Below, piece by piece: positions 17,823 through 26,466 of a stretch of DNA of 45,938 nucleotides. A program made the translations under genes and the position numbers. Below the pieces are notes generated by a model. It was not told the origin of the DNA and made no database searches. It saw only the letters and a list, made by a program, of their open reading frames with translations. Source of the stretch: Spirochaetota bacterium. Its GTDB lineage: Bacteria > Spirochaetota > B62-G9 > DRHN01. The stretch spans positions 1 through 45,938 of the forward strand of contig DATKZJ010000063.1 of assembly GCA_035527995.1 (NCBI GenBank), written 5' to 3'. Each line of letters opens with the position of its first letter. Within the stretch, counting starts at the first letter, position 1.

Positions 17823-17933
17823 TAACCACCATTTCTCACAAAACCATGTAAATACTTTGAAATAGGGGGTTCAATCCCCGTTTCTCATGAACAACAGCAA
17901 ACTATAAGTAACGGGGCTTTTAGCGCTTTTCTC
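17823..17933 (+). repeat. Two tandem units of a palindromic intergenic repeat family
   Basis: Unit 1 is TAACCACCATTTCTCACA-(18 nt)-GAAATAGGGGG (17823-17869). Unit 2 is CCCCGTTTCTCATG-(20 nt)-AACGGGGCTTTTAGCGCTTTTCTC (17876-17933). Related copies lie at 25141-25187, 35470-35517 and 42787-42848, with a partial copy at 19769-19794. Confidence 0.6.
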
Positions 17934-18218
17934 ACTGTAAACTCTATTTTTTACATGAAAATATAAACCACTATCATATCGTCACTAAGCTCCATTGATA
18001 TGCAATTGTTTAGAAAACCGTACTAAGGTTATTCCCCGGTATTAACTCACAGGATATCGGCGCAACCGTCGTATATTGACTGGCGTTCGAATCGGAACAA
18101 CACTCAGCTTAAATATAATCATGAATCACGGCATTTCTCATGTCTTAAGCAGTGAAGAAGGGGCAGTCTCATTGGAAAACCAAGTGAGGATATTTCAAAT
18201 AAAATTGCTATTTTTCTA

Positions 18219-18246
18219 TTGACAAAATAAAATAGTTCATTAGAAT
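18219..18246 (+). promoter_or_regulatory. Sigma-70-like promoter upstream of the GntR-SBP gene
   Basis: TTGACA (18219-18224), a 16-nt spacer, then TAGAAT (18241-18246), about 35 nt upstream of the GTG start. The region is AT-rich, so a chance match is possible. Confidence 0.45.
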
Positions 18247-18248
18247 AA

Positions 18249-18266
18249 CAGTCATTCAGATGACTG
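18249..18266. promoter_or_regulatory. 7-4-7 inverted repeat CAGTCAT-tcag-ATGACTG, candidate GntR operator
   Basis: A perfect inverted repeat immediately downstream of the -10 element and upstream of the GAGGTGA RBS. GntR-family operators are typically short palindromes containing GT...AC. Confidence 0.4.
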
Positions 18267-18279
18267 ACGAGGTGAATGG

Positions 18280-19695
18280 GTGTCTGCCGGAAGAATAAGC
18301 TACAACCCCCTCTACCTTCAGGTCAAGGAGGTAATCCTCAAACGGCTGGCGGAGGGTTCATATGCACCCGGTACGGTCATTCCAAGTGAGCAGAAACTCT
18401 CAGCCGATTTCGGAACGAGCATTTCCACCATCCGCCAGGCCCTCTCGATCCTCGTCTCAGACGGCTACCTAGTTAAGAAGCAGGGGAAGGGTACCTACGT
18501 ATCGGAAAAAAAAACCAAGATATCCTTTCTCAGCTGGATTGGTGAATCAAAGCAGGGTATGGAGATCATCAGGGAGCTTATTGAAGCATTTGAGCGAAAG
18601 TATCCCTCCATCTCGATTGAATACATCCCCACGACCTATCCTGAAACCAGGAATGACCTCCTCAAGCTTATCACTAACGGCACTGCTCCCGATGTAGCCC
18701 AGATCGTGTCTCACTGGACGAGCTATTTCGCTTCAATGGGTGCCTTCGAACCGCTGAATGATCTTTTGAGCAGGGAGAACATCGAAGGCAGGATTTTCGA
18801 GAAGGATACTCTCGGGGGTATCTATCAGAACAGAATCTATTCGGTGTCCTGGGGCCTGTGCCCGGTTTCGCTCATTGCCAACAGAAACATCCTCAAGGAG
18901 GTCGGAATCGACCGAATCAACCCACGAATGTCAATTGAGGAATTCTTTGACCTGTGTAAAAGGATAAACTCTTTCTATGGAGACGGAGCGAAGTACTGTT
19001 ACGGGCTTCCAATATCGGGCGACGAAACAGATCTTCTCAGGATCTATACCTTTTTACAGGTATTCCATGGAGGGTTCGTAGATGTAAAGGAACAGGTGAT
19101 ATTCAATTCAAAGGAGAATGTTCGCGGATTCACATGGCTTCGGAACTTTGTGAACAGCATCAGGGTCTTCATTGCGGATATCTACACAATCAGAAAACAT
19201 CTTGCACAAAATGAGATCGCCTTTATCTCGGACGGACCGTGGGTCAAATACATCCTCGAAGAACTGACCGGGGAGGATTTCAACAGGAACTTTCAGGTCC
19301 TTCTGAATCCTGTGAACGCGGAGGAGAAATCCTACTCCTGGAACTACAACCATGCACTTGCCATCTGTTCACAGAGTAAAAACAAGATGTACGCAGCGAA
19401 GTTCATCGATGCCATAACTGTCGATCCGGAAATCAGCGGCCAGTACTACGCTCGAGTGGGCCACCTTGCGGTGAGCACGCGTGATCTTGAAGGCTCTGTC
19501 TACGAAAAAGCTCCCTTCTGCATGTTCAAGGACCAGCTTGAAAATGCAGTGGTGATAAACGCCCAGAACGCGATGTTTGAGAAGGCGATGGTTTTGTGCA
19601 TAGACGCGGTAAAAAAGATCCTCTTCGAAAGAGCGAACATCGAGAAGGAGCTCGACGAAAAGCAGTACTATCTGAAAATGCTCTACTATGGATGA
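18280..19695 (+). CDS. GntR-family winged-helix regulator fused to a family-1 solute-binding-protein-like domain
   Basis: GTG start with GAGGTGA 4 nt upstream. The N-terminal GntR HTH reads LYLQVKEVILKRLAEGSYAPGTVIPSEQKLSADFGTSISTIRQALSILVSDGYLVKKQGKGTYV. The remaining ~390 aa look like an extracellular SBP fold without any signal peptide. Confidence 0.8.
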   Translation: MSAGRISYNPLYLQVKEVILKRLAEGSYAPGTVIPSEQKLSADFGTSISTIRQALSILVSDGYLVKKQGKGTYVSEKKTKISFLSWIGESKQGMEIIRELIEAFERKYPSISIEYIPTTYPETRNDLLKLITNGTAPDVAQIVSHWTSYFASMGAFEPLNDLLSRENIEGRIFEKDTLGGIYQNRIYSVSWGLCPVSLIANRNILKEVGIDRINPRMSIEEFFDLCKRINSFYGDGAKYCYGLPISGDETDLLRIYTFLQVFHGGFVDVKEQVIFNSKENVRGFTWLRNFVNSIRVFIADIYTIRKHLAQNEIAFISDGPWVKYILEELTGEDFNRNFQVLLNPVNAEEKSYSWNYNHALAICSQSKNKMYAAKFIDAITVDPEISGQYYARVGHLAVSTRDLEGSVYEKAPFCMFKDQLENAVVINAQNAMFEKAMVLCIDAVKKILFERANIEKELDEKQYYLKMLYYG

Positions 19696-19768
19696 AACAG
19701 CATGCCCTGAATTGCTTTGTCTAGGTGGTAAAAATTTTTCAGGGTGTTTGAATATCTCAGCTGCGTGT

Positions 19769-19794
19769 GAAAATCATTTTCTTGAGAAAGGGGG
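19769..19794 (-). repeat. Partial copy of the intergenic repeat family
   Basis: The minus strand reads CCCCCTTTCTCAAGAAAATGATTTTC. It shares CCCCCTTTCTCA and ATGATTTT with the 42787-42848 copy. Confidence 0.35.
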
Positions 19795-19885
19795 TGAGAG
19801 TTCATTAGTATTACCGTTTTAAAATCACCAGCTGTTCTCTTCCTGAAAAAAGTGTTAAAAATAACCAAACGGAGGTAACAGTGTT

Positions 19886-21178
19886 ATGAGAAAAAAGATC
19901 TTATTTGTGTGTGCACTTGCGATGCTGGTTGTTCCGGTCCTTCTATTTGCAGGCTCACCGAAGGAGCCCGAAGTAGCTGCAAAACCGGAAAAGATCACCA
20001 TCGTGGTGTACGAGCCGGTCGAGGCCAAGGGGATGACGGAGTTCGGCAAGGTTTTCAAGGAGAAGTACGGCATCGATGTCGAGGTATTTACCATTCCATG
20101 GGCAAATCTGCACGAGAAGATCATCGCCGACCTTACCGCGAAAACAGGTTCCTATGATCTCATCGCCATCCCAGGGCTCTGGTCGCTCGAGTTCATCTAT
20201 GCGGGGTATATCGAGCCACTTGACACATATTGGAAAAACCCGGATTATCCTTCCTTCGATATTGAGGATTACCCGCAAGACATCGTTAACCTCGTGGCTG
20301 ATGAGGGCCATGTGTACTGGATTCCGCATCATGGCACAACACAAATTCTTTTTTATAGAAAGGACATCTTTGAAAAAGAGAATTTGAAACCGCCACAAAC
20401 CTACGACGAGATGTTCAGAATTGCCGAGCTGCTCACCAACAATCCCAAATATCCAGAGGTATACGGTTTCGGCACGACCGCAAAGCAGGGTGAGTGGGCT
20501 TCAAGTACCTGGTGCACCTGGATCTGGTCGTGGGGAGGAGACTACTTCGACAAGAACTGGCACCCAATATTCAACAATGCCAAGGGGGTGGCATCTCTCG
20601 AAGCCTATGCAGAAGCTGTGAACCGGTTTGCACCGCCCGACTGTCCCAACTGGGGGAACGAAGAGGGAGGAGCCGCGATGCAGCAGGGGAGGCTTGCCAT
20701 GCTCCAGATGTGGCCCTACCTTGCAGCCGCCATGGATGATCCTTCCCAGTCGAAGGTTGTCGGAAAGGTTGGATACGCACCCATGCCGAAGAAAGAGCTG
20801 AGTTTTCCGCGCCTGGGATCCTGGGGGCTCACCATCTCCAAGTACTCTAAAAACAAAGAGTGGGCATGGCGGTATATGGCCGAGTTCAACAGCAAGGAGA
20901 ACGTTGAAACGATTCACAGAGCAGCCGGTATGCCGATCTGTCGAACGAGCGTGGCCAGTATGCTTGCGAAGACGGACCCGCTCTTCAAGGCAATATTCGA
21001 GAGTTTTGAGCACACGAAGGAGCGACCCGGTATCCCTGAGATCACACAAATTATCGATGTGTGGGGACTCGCAGTATCGAGGGTTGTGGTCGGCGATACA
21101 GACGCCCAGACCGCGCTCGATGAGGCGGCCGAAGAGATCGAAGTGATACTTCGCGACGGCGGTTATATTAAAGACTGA
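19886..21178 (+). CDS. ABC sugar transporter, extracellular solute-binding protein (family 1)
   Basis: GGAGGT RBS and signal peptide MRKKILFVCALAMLVVPVLLFAGS. A 430-aa SBP-like sequence directly upstream of two permease genes. Confidence 0.85.
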   Translation: MRKKILFVCALAMLVVPVLLFAGSPKEPEVAAKPEKITIVVYEPVEAKGMTEFGKVFKEKYGIDVEVFTIPWANLHEKIIADLTAKTGSYDLIAIPGLWSLEFIYAGYIEPLDTYWKNPDYPSFDIEDYPQDIVNLVADEGHVYWIPHHGTTQILFYRKDIFEKENLKPPQTYDEMFRIAELLTNNPKYPEVYGFGTTAKQGEWASSTWCTWIWSWGGDYFDKNWHPIFNNAKGVASLEAYAEAVNRFAPPDCPNWGNEEGGAAMQQGRLAMLQMWPYLAAAMDDPSQSKVVGKVGYAPMPKKELSFPRLGSWGLTISKYSKNKEWAWRYMAEFNSKENVETIHRAAGMPICRTSVASMLAKTDPLFKAIFESFEHTKERPGIPEITQIIDVWGLAVSRVVVGDTDAQTALDEAAEEIEVILRDGGYIKD

Positions 21179-21343
21179 GTCTCTCTGGTGAAATATCAGG
21201 GATTTTTTCATTCTTAGTTGGTTCGCTCCAAGAATCTTGGAGCGAACCAACATGAAAGAAGCTGTGGAGAGAGGGGGCCCGAGATGACGGGGAGGCGAGC
21301 CGATCGGGCGAATCTCACCGAAAAAAAAGGTGGGGGGAACTCT

Positions 21344-22264
21344 ATGGAAAGTGTGATCGAAAAACGTGCGAGATCGGAGAGGAGGAAACGACGCATCACA
21401 CCATACCTGATGCTCGCGCCGCTTCTTATCGGGTTGTTCACCCTGGTGTATTACCCCCTTTTTACGACAATACGCTTGAGTTTCTACCGCTATGCGTGGA
21501 ACAAACCGCAGGCAGGCATGAAATTCGTTGGATTTACGAACTATAAAAGGATTTTCACCGACGGGAAAGAGTTTTGGCCGTCCATGGAGAATACGGGAAA
21601 GTTTACTGCAATCTCGACTTCGCTCTGCATCCTCTTCGGTCTCGGTTTAGCGCTTTTCGTTGACAGAGAGTTCAGGGGGAAAACGGTGTACGTTACTCTG
21701 CTTCTGTTGCCTACAATGATTGCACCTGTTGTCTCGGGCCTTATCTGGAAGTTCATGTTCGACGGACTTTTTGGTGCCGTCAATTATCTTATTGGCCTGT
21801 TCGGTATGGAACCCATCGCCTGGCTCAGCAGCAAAAAAACAGCGCTCGGGTGTGTGCTCGTTGCAGATATATGGCAGTACACCCCCTTTGTGTTTCTCGT
21901 TATGCTTGCCTCTCTGCAGGCAATTCCGGTCGATCTCTTTGAAGCCGCAAAGATCGACGGAGCCTCAGGATTTAAGCTCTTTACACGGCTCAAGCTCCCC
22001 ATGATTCTGCCGCAGCTTCTGCTTGTGGGTGTCATCCGGCTTATGGACACATTCAGGATTTTTGACCTCATCTATCTTATGACAAACGGAGGGCCTGCTG
22101 GATCAACGCAGACTATCGGTTTTCTCACCTATCAGCGGACATTCAGGCACTTCAAGATGGGTGAGGGGTCGGTTATCGCATTATTTATACTGATTGCGGT
22201 GCTCGGCTTGTCGTGGTATTTCATTCGGGCGCTGCTCGAAAACGCGAGGGGGCTTGCACGGTGA
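21344..22264 (+). CDS. ABC sugar transporter permease (MalF/UgpA-like)
   Basis: Start re-set to ATG 21344 (MESVIEKR), downstream of a G-rich RBS. Six TM segments and the EAA loop EAAKIDGASGFKLFTRLKLP. Confidence 0.85.
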   Translation: MESVIEKRARSERRKRRITPYLMLAPLLIGLFTLVYYPLFTTIRLSFYRYAWNKPQAGMKFVGFTNYKRIFTDGKEFWPSMENTGKFTAISTSLCILFGLGLALFVDREFRGKTVYVTLLLLPTMIAPVVSGLIWKFMFDGLFGAVNYLIGLFGMEPIAWLSSKKTALGCVLVADIWQYTPFVFLVMLASLQAIPVDLFEAAKIDGASGFKLFTRLKLPMILPQLLLVGVIRLMDTFRIFDLIYLMTNGGPAGSTQTIGFLTYQRTFRHFKMGEGSVIALFILIAVLGLSWYFIRALLENARGLAR

Positions 22265-23127
22265 AGAGGACTGGATCAACAGGAGTGGCGATTTGCCGGA
22301 CACGGGGGGTACGGGTCACAAAAAGGGCTCTCTTTTATATTGCCCTGACGATAATCACCGCTCTGTTTTTGCTTCCTTTCTGGATAATTTTGACGACCTC
22401 GCTTCGCAGCCGGCTTGAAACTTTTAACAATGTGGTGGTGCTTTTTTTTAAACCGACCATTGAGCACTATGTACGGGTTCTAGCGGGAGAAAATTTTCCC
22501 CGCTACTTTTTCAACTCCTTTATCATAGCAAGCGCTGTGACTGTGCTTGTATCCTACCTGGGGGCCCTCACCGCTTTTACCCTGACCCGGTTTCTTTTTA
22601 AAGGCTACCGTATGGTGACGATCGGTATCATAACTGCGAGGATGTTTCCTCCCATCGCGCTGCTCCCAGCGTTTTTTCTGCTCGCCTCGCGTCTTCATCT
22701 CGTGGATACACGGGCGGTTGTCATATTTGCACACACAGCATACGGGCTACCCTTCATCGTGTTCATGATGCTTGGATTTTTTTATGCGGTACCCCGTGAT
22801 CTGGATGAGGCGGCAAGGATCGACGGATGCTCCTGGTTTGGGGTGTTCAACCGCGTGATCCTTCCCAACGTGGCTCCAGGGCTTGCTGCCGCAGCGATTC
22901 TCTCATTTGTGTGGTCATGGAACGAGTTTTTGTTCGCACTCGTTCTAACGCGGGCAACAGCGAAGACGCTGCCCGTTACAGTTTCGGAGTTTTTGACCTT
23001 CACGCAGGTGGACTGGCAGGGGCTTACATCGATGGGGACAATTTTGATTGTTCCGGCAGTGATCATTACAATATTCGCTCAGAAGCACCTTGTCAAGGGG
23101 CTTACTGCAGGAGCAGTCAAGACTTAG
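22261..23127 (+). CDS. ABC sugar transporter permease (MalG/UgpE-like)
   Basis: The GTG at 22261 overlaps the upstream stop (GTGA). EAA loop EAARIDGCSWFGVFNRVILP. No cognate ATPase gene is present in this locus. Confidence 0.8.
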   Translation: MKRTGSTGVAICRTRGVRVTKRALFYIALTIITALFLLPFWIILTTSLRSRLETFNNVVVLFFKPTIEHYVRVLAGENFPRYFFNSFIIASAVTVLVSYLGALTAFTLTRFLFKGYRMVTIGIITARMFPPIALLPAFFLLASRLHLVDTRAVVIFAHTAYGLPFIVFMMLGFFYAVPRDLDEAARIDGCSWFGVFNRVILPNVAPGLAAAAILSFVWSWNEFLFALVLTRATAKTLPVTVSEFLTFTQVDWQGLTSMGTILIVPAVIITIFAQKHLVKGLTAGAVKT

Positions 23128-23360
23128 TGTATCAAAAATCCTGAAAGGCTCGAAAAGGTCCTTCACTTGCAGATAGGCGGCCGGATTCTCACGCGGGATG
23201 TGATGAACAATAAGGAGGTACTCGTCCGTTTCGAAAAGGTTATTTTCGAACCCTCATGGTCGCGAGAAAATTCTTTCAAAATCGCCAATGTTTTGCCACG
23301 TGAAAGAATGGTTTGAAAATTCTAAAAAATATATTGCCATACCATGCAGGAGCACGCAGC

Positions 23361-23856
23361 ATGACAAATCAACAGCGGCTTTTAAAGGCTCTGAACCGGG
23401 AGCCCATTGATGTCATACTCACATGGGATTTCATGGATAATTTGAAAATACTCGAGCAGTACGGTGGTTACAAATGGAGGGAGACCTACGAATGGCAGGA
23501 CATACTCGAGATCAACGTGAAGGCCTTCAAGAACATCGGTCTCGACATGACACGCTACATATACGATCCGGTTAACCACTGGATGGGATCGAAGATTTTC
23601 AATTGGATTCGTTTCTTTGGTGTAAACCCCGACAACTGACGTATTAAGCTGGCAGGTGACACGGCATGGATTGCGGCAGGGTAGCCTCTCCTTCGGAACC
23701 CCTGACGAGGTCAGAAAAGAGGTCTGTGAAAACATGGAAATTTTCAAGCAGGGTGGCGGGTTTGTGTTCAACAACGTACATAACATACAGGCCACTGTTC
23801 CTGTCCAGAATCTCGTGGCCTTCTTCGAAGCATATGAGAAGTACAGTACATATTGA
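23361..23856 (+). pseudogene. Uroporphyrinogen-decarboxylase-like (URO-D family) gene with a large internal deletion
   Basis: The N-terminal ~93 aa (MTNQQRLLKALNREPIDV..., AGGAG RBS) end at a stop at 23637-23639. The family's C-terminal end (LSFGTPDEVRKEVCENMEIFKQGGGFVFNNVHNIQATVPVQNLVAFFEAYEKY) follows in a different frame from about 23626. The ~180-aa central barrel is missing. Confidence 0.6.
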
Positions 23857-23880
23857 TTGCAGCAGGGAGTGCGAAAGAAG

Positions 23881-24837
23881 ATGTACAGAACAGGCACGGG
23901 GCACTATAAGGAAGAGGATGCTGTGGTACTCGAAAATGATGCGCTGAAGGTCAGTATACTCCCACGCTGGGGTTCGAAACTCGCCTCAATACTCTACAAG
24001 CCGCTTGACTATGAGCTTCTGTGGCAGAATGCCGGGAAGGATTACCGGAAAACAGCCTACGGCGATCTCTATGAAGCGGGAGAGGCCTCCGGATTTGATG
24101 AGATGTTTCCCACCATATCGCGCTGCTTCTACGAGAGTGAAACCTGGTCAGGTACCGAGATACCCGACCACGGCGAGGTATGGAGCATTCCCTGGAAGTA
24201 TGAGATCGCCGATGACCAGGTGCTGCTCAGAGTGAAAGGTGTACGGTTTCCCTATTATCTCGAAAAGAAGGTTTTTCTTGAGGGAGCTGTTGTGCATCAG
24301 CAGTACAGGGCTGAGAATCCGGCAGCTTCAGACCTTGAGTATATCTGGGCTGCCCACCCCCTCTTTAACACCACAGAGGGCATGGAGCTCATCGTTCCAC
24401 AGGGCATGCACAGAATCGTAAACGCGGTGCCAAGCAGGCGACTGGGTCCATACGGCAGGATATACGGGTTTCCTTCAGCAGAGCTCGAAGGAGGTAAAAA
24501 ATTTGACCTCTCGAAAGTCCCGAAAAAAAACAGTGCCGATTACCAGAAGTACTGGTTTTTAGGTAAGGTGACAGAGGGGTGGTGCATCCTGTACAATCCT
24601 ATAAAAAAGCTGAGTATCGGCATGACCTGGCCCCGGGACAGGGTGCCCTATCTCGGTGTGTGGGTCAATGAGGGGGGTTGGGCGGACCAGTACAACATCG
24701 CACCTGAACCGGCAACAGGTGCCATGGACAGGGTCGATTTCTCGAAGATGTGGGGAATGAGCAGCGTGCTCCGAGCCGGAGAAGCACGTGAGTGGCTGCT
24801 TGCCATATCCGTGCGCGAGGGTGATAGACCCCGGTAA
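23881..24837 (+). CDS. Aldose-1-epimerase-like (galactose mutarotase fold) protein
   Basis: HGEVWSIPW and WAAHPLFN blocks resemble mutarotase-fold proteins, and the gene sits in a sugar-locus context. Family assignment is tentative. Confidence 0.55.
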   Translation: MYRTGTGHYKEEDAVVLENDALKVSILPRWGSKLASILYKPLDYELLWQNAGKDYRKTAYGDLYEAGEASGFDEMFPTISRCFYESETWSGTEIPDHGEVWSIPWKYEIADDQVLLRVKGVRFPYYLEKKVFLEGAVVHQQYRAENPAASDLEYIWAAHPLFNTTEGMELIVPQGMHRIVNAVPSRRLGPYGRIYGFPSAELEGGKKFDLSKVPKKNSADYQKYWFLGKVTEGWCILYNPIKKLSIGMTWPRDRVPYLGVWVNEGGWADQYNIAPEPATGAMDRVDFSKMWGMSSVLRAGEAREWLLAISVREGDRPR

Positions 24838-25140
24838 CTTCAATACACATGAGATCTCATCTGCTGTGTGGTCGTGAGTTTCAACTCTATACATGACGGA
24901 AACCGGACATTTAATATTTAATGATACAGCAACTATTTTATATCCCGAGTTCAATAAGCAAGTTTTATTTTAATCGATTTTTGAGTTATTTTGCTGCACC
25001 GGGTCCGGCCTGCTCTGGTAATTCTAACATATACGTTTTGCTCCTATTTCAGTATATTGTTACTGTAGTACCCGCCATAAGCCGGTCTAACGCGTTTTTC
25101 TCACAGAGCCGAAACAATGACTTGGAACTGTTTACCGGCG

Positions 25141-25187
25141 AGAATAGCGCTAAACCGCCCGTTTCCATGTGAGAAATGGGGGTTACA
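25141..25187 (-). repeat. Copy of the palindromic intergenic repeat family
   Basis: The minus strand reads TGTAACCCCCATTTCTCACATGGAAACGGGCGGTTTAGCGCTATTCT. The hairpin arms are CCCGTTTC (25158-25165) and GAAATGGG (25173-25180). It lies 25 nt upstream of the ychF start. Confidence 0.6.
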
Positions 25188-25211
25188 CATCATTACATCG
25201 AGGTTTTTTTC

Positions 25212-26237
25212 ATGCAGGTAGGAATCATAGGATTGAAGCAGTCGGGCAAGACGACTCTCTTTCGTGCCCTCGCTTCGGTCGAGGATCGGGGCATCGGCAT
25301 TGCAGCCGTTCATGTTCCAGATGACAGGGTATCTGTTCTCTCTAAAGTATTCAACCCCAAGAAGATTACATACCCGCAGATAGTCTTCAAAGACATCGAG
25401 ATATCTGTAGAGGATGACGGATCGTTCCACGCTTCGACGGTACAGCAGATGAGAGAGATCGATGCCGCGGCCGTTGTGCTGAGGACGTTCGAAAACGACA
25501 GCGTCCCTCATCCGAGCATCACGATAGACCCTGTGAGGGACCTGAAGGAGATCGAAGACGAGATCTTTCTTACTGACCTGCTGCAGATCGAACGGCGGCT
25601 GGATCGGCTCGAGAGGGAACAAAAGAGGGGAAGAGAATACGAACTTCTCAAAAGACTGGGCAAGGGCCTCGAGGAGGGTACCTCGGTAGGACTCCAGACT
25701 CTCAACGATGACGAAAAAAAATTGATCCTGGGGTTCCGTTTTCTCAGCGCAAAACATGTTCTCGTCGTCATTAATGCGGACGAGAACAACAGCTATCCTG
25801 AAGAAAGCGTGGTGTCTTACTGCAAGAATCGGGGCTATGAATATATCAAGATCTACGGAAAGATCGAAGAGGAGATAGGGACTCTCTGCCATGAGGAGCA
25901 GAAGGAGTTTCTCGAAGACATCGGGCTCAACGAGTCCGTGATGGCGCGGTTCGTGAACAGATGCTACACCATGCTTGATCTCATCTCCTTTTTCACGGTC
26001 GGAGAAGATGAGGTAAAGGCGTGGAACATAAGAAGAGGCAGCACGGCCCGGGAAGCGGCGGAAAGGATCCATACGGATATCGCCAAGGGGTTCATCAGGG
26101 CCGAGACGGTACGGTATGAGGATTTCATCGAAGCGGGTTCCTTCAAGGCATTGAAGGAGCGGGGAATCCTCAGGCTCGAGGCCAAAGAGTACACTGTGCA
26201 GGACGGGGAGATCATGCATTTCAGGTTCAATCTCTAG
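25212..26237 (+). CDS. ychF: Ribosome-binding ATPase YchF/OLA1 family
   Basis: Start at ATG 25212 (MQVGIIGLKQSGKTTLF), with GAGG 8 nt upstream. It has the NxxE specificity motif (VINADE), a coiled-coil insertion, and the C-terminal block TVGEDEVKAWNIRRGSTAREAAERIHTDIAKGFIRAE...IMHFRFN. Walker A is atypical (GLKQSGKT). Confidence 0.85.
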   Translation: MQVGIIGLKQSGKTTLFRALASVEDRGIGIAAVHVPDDRVSVLSKVFNPKKITYPQIVFKDIEISVEDDGSFHASTVQQMREIDAAAVVLRTFENDSVPHPSITIDPVRDLKEIEDEIFLTDLLQIERRLDRLEREQKRGREYELLKRLGKGLEEGTSVGLQTLNDDEKKLILGFRFLSAKHVLVVINADENNSYPEESVVSYCKNRGYEYIKIYGKIEEEIGTLCHEEQKEFLEDIGLNESVMARFVNRCYTMLDLISFFTVGEDEVKAWNIRRGSTAREAAERIHTDIAKGFIRAETVRYEDFIEAGSFKALKERGILRLEAKEYTVQDGEIMHFRFNL

Positions 26238-26257
26238 GCTCCTTTAAGAGCCTTTTT
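26236..26257 (+). terminator. Small hairpin plus T-run after ychF
   Basis: AGGCTC-ctttaa-GAGCCT followed by TTTTC, overlapping the ychF stop codon. The stem is short (6 bp). Confidence 0.45.
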
Positions 26258-26466
26258 CAGATTGTTCTTCCACTCTCTGAAACCCACTATCATACAGAAC
26301 CGTCGGTGCTTTGGGCGTCTATCACCGTTTTCTCATAAATCGGGCAACACCGGGGCTGACTGTTTTATAAATGTGTAAGGCGAAAAAACCGCTTTTACCC
26401 CCTGTTTCCATGCTGGTAACAGTGGTCAGCCGATCTGCGATTTTTATATATTTGACGGGAAAAAAC

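Noticed and set aside
17859-17889. tRNA T-arm-like sequence GGGGGTTCAATCCCC suggesting a tRNA or tRNA fragment
   Set aside because: The stem is only 4 bp with non-canonical loop placement. No anticodon arm, D arm or acceptor stem is present. The segment is explained as the junction of two units of the palindromic repeat family.
24850-24861. 12-nt perfect palindrome ATGAGATCTCAT just after the mutarotase-like gene
   Set aside because: It is too short to distinguish from chance. It has no T-run and no second copy was noticed.
25101-26219. 372-aa minus-strand ORF spanning almost all of ychF
   Set aside because: It is exactly antisense to a gene with clear YchF motifs. It has no RBS, no recognisable domain, and a composition typical of a shadow frame opposite E/D/K-rich coding sequence.
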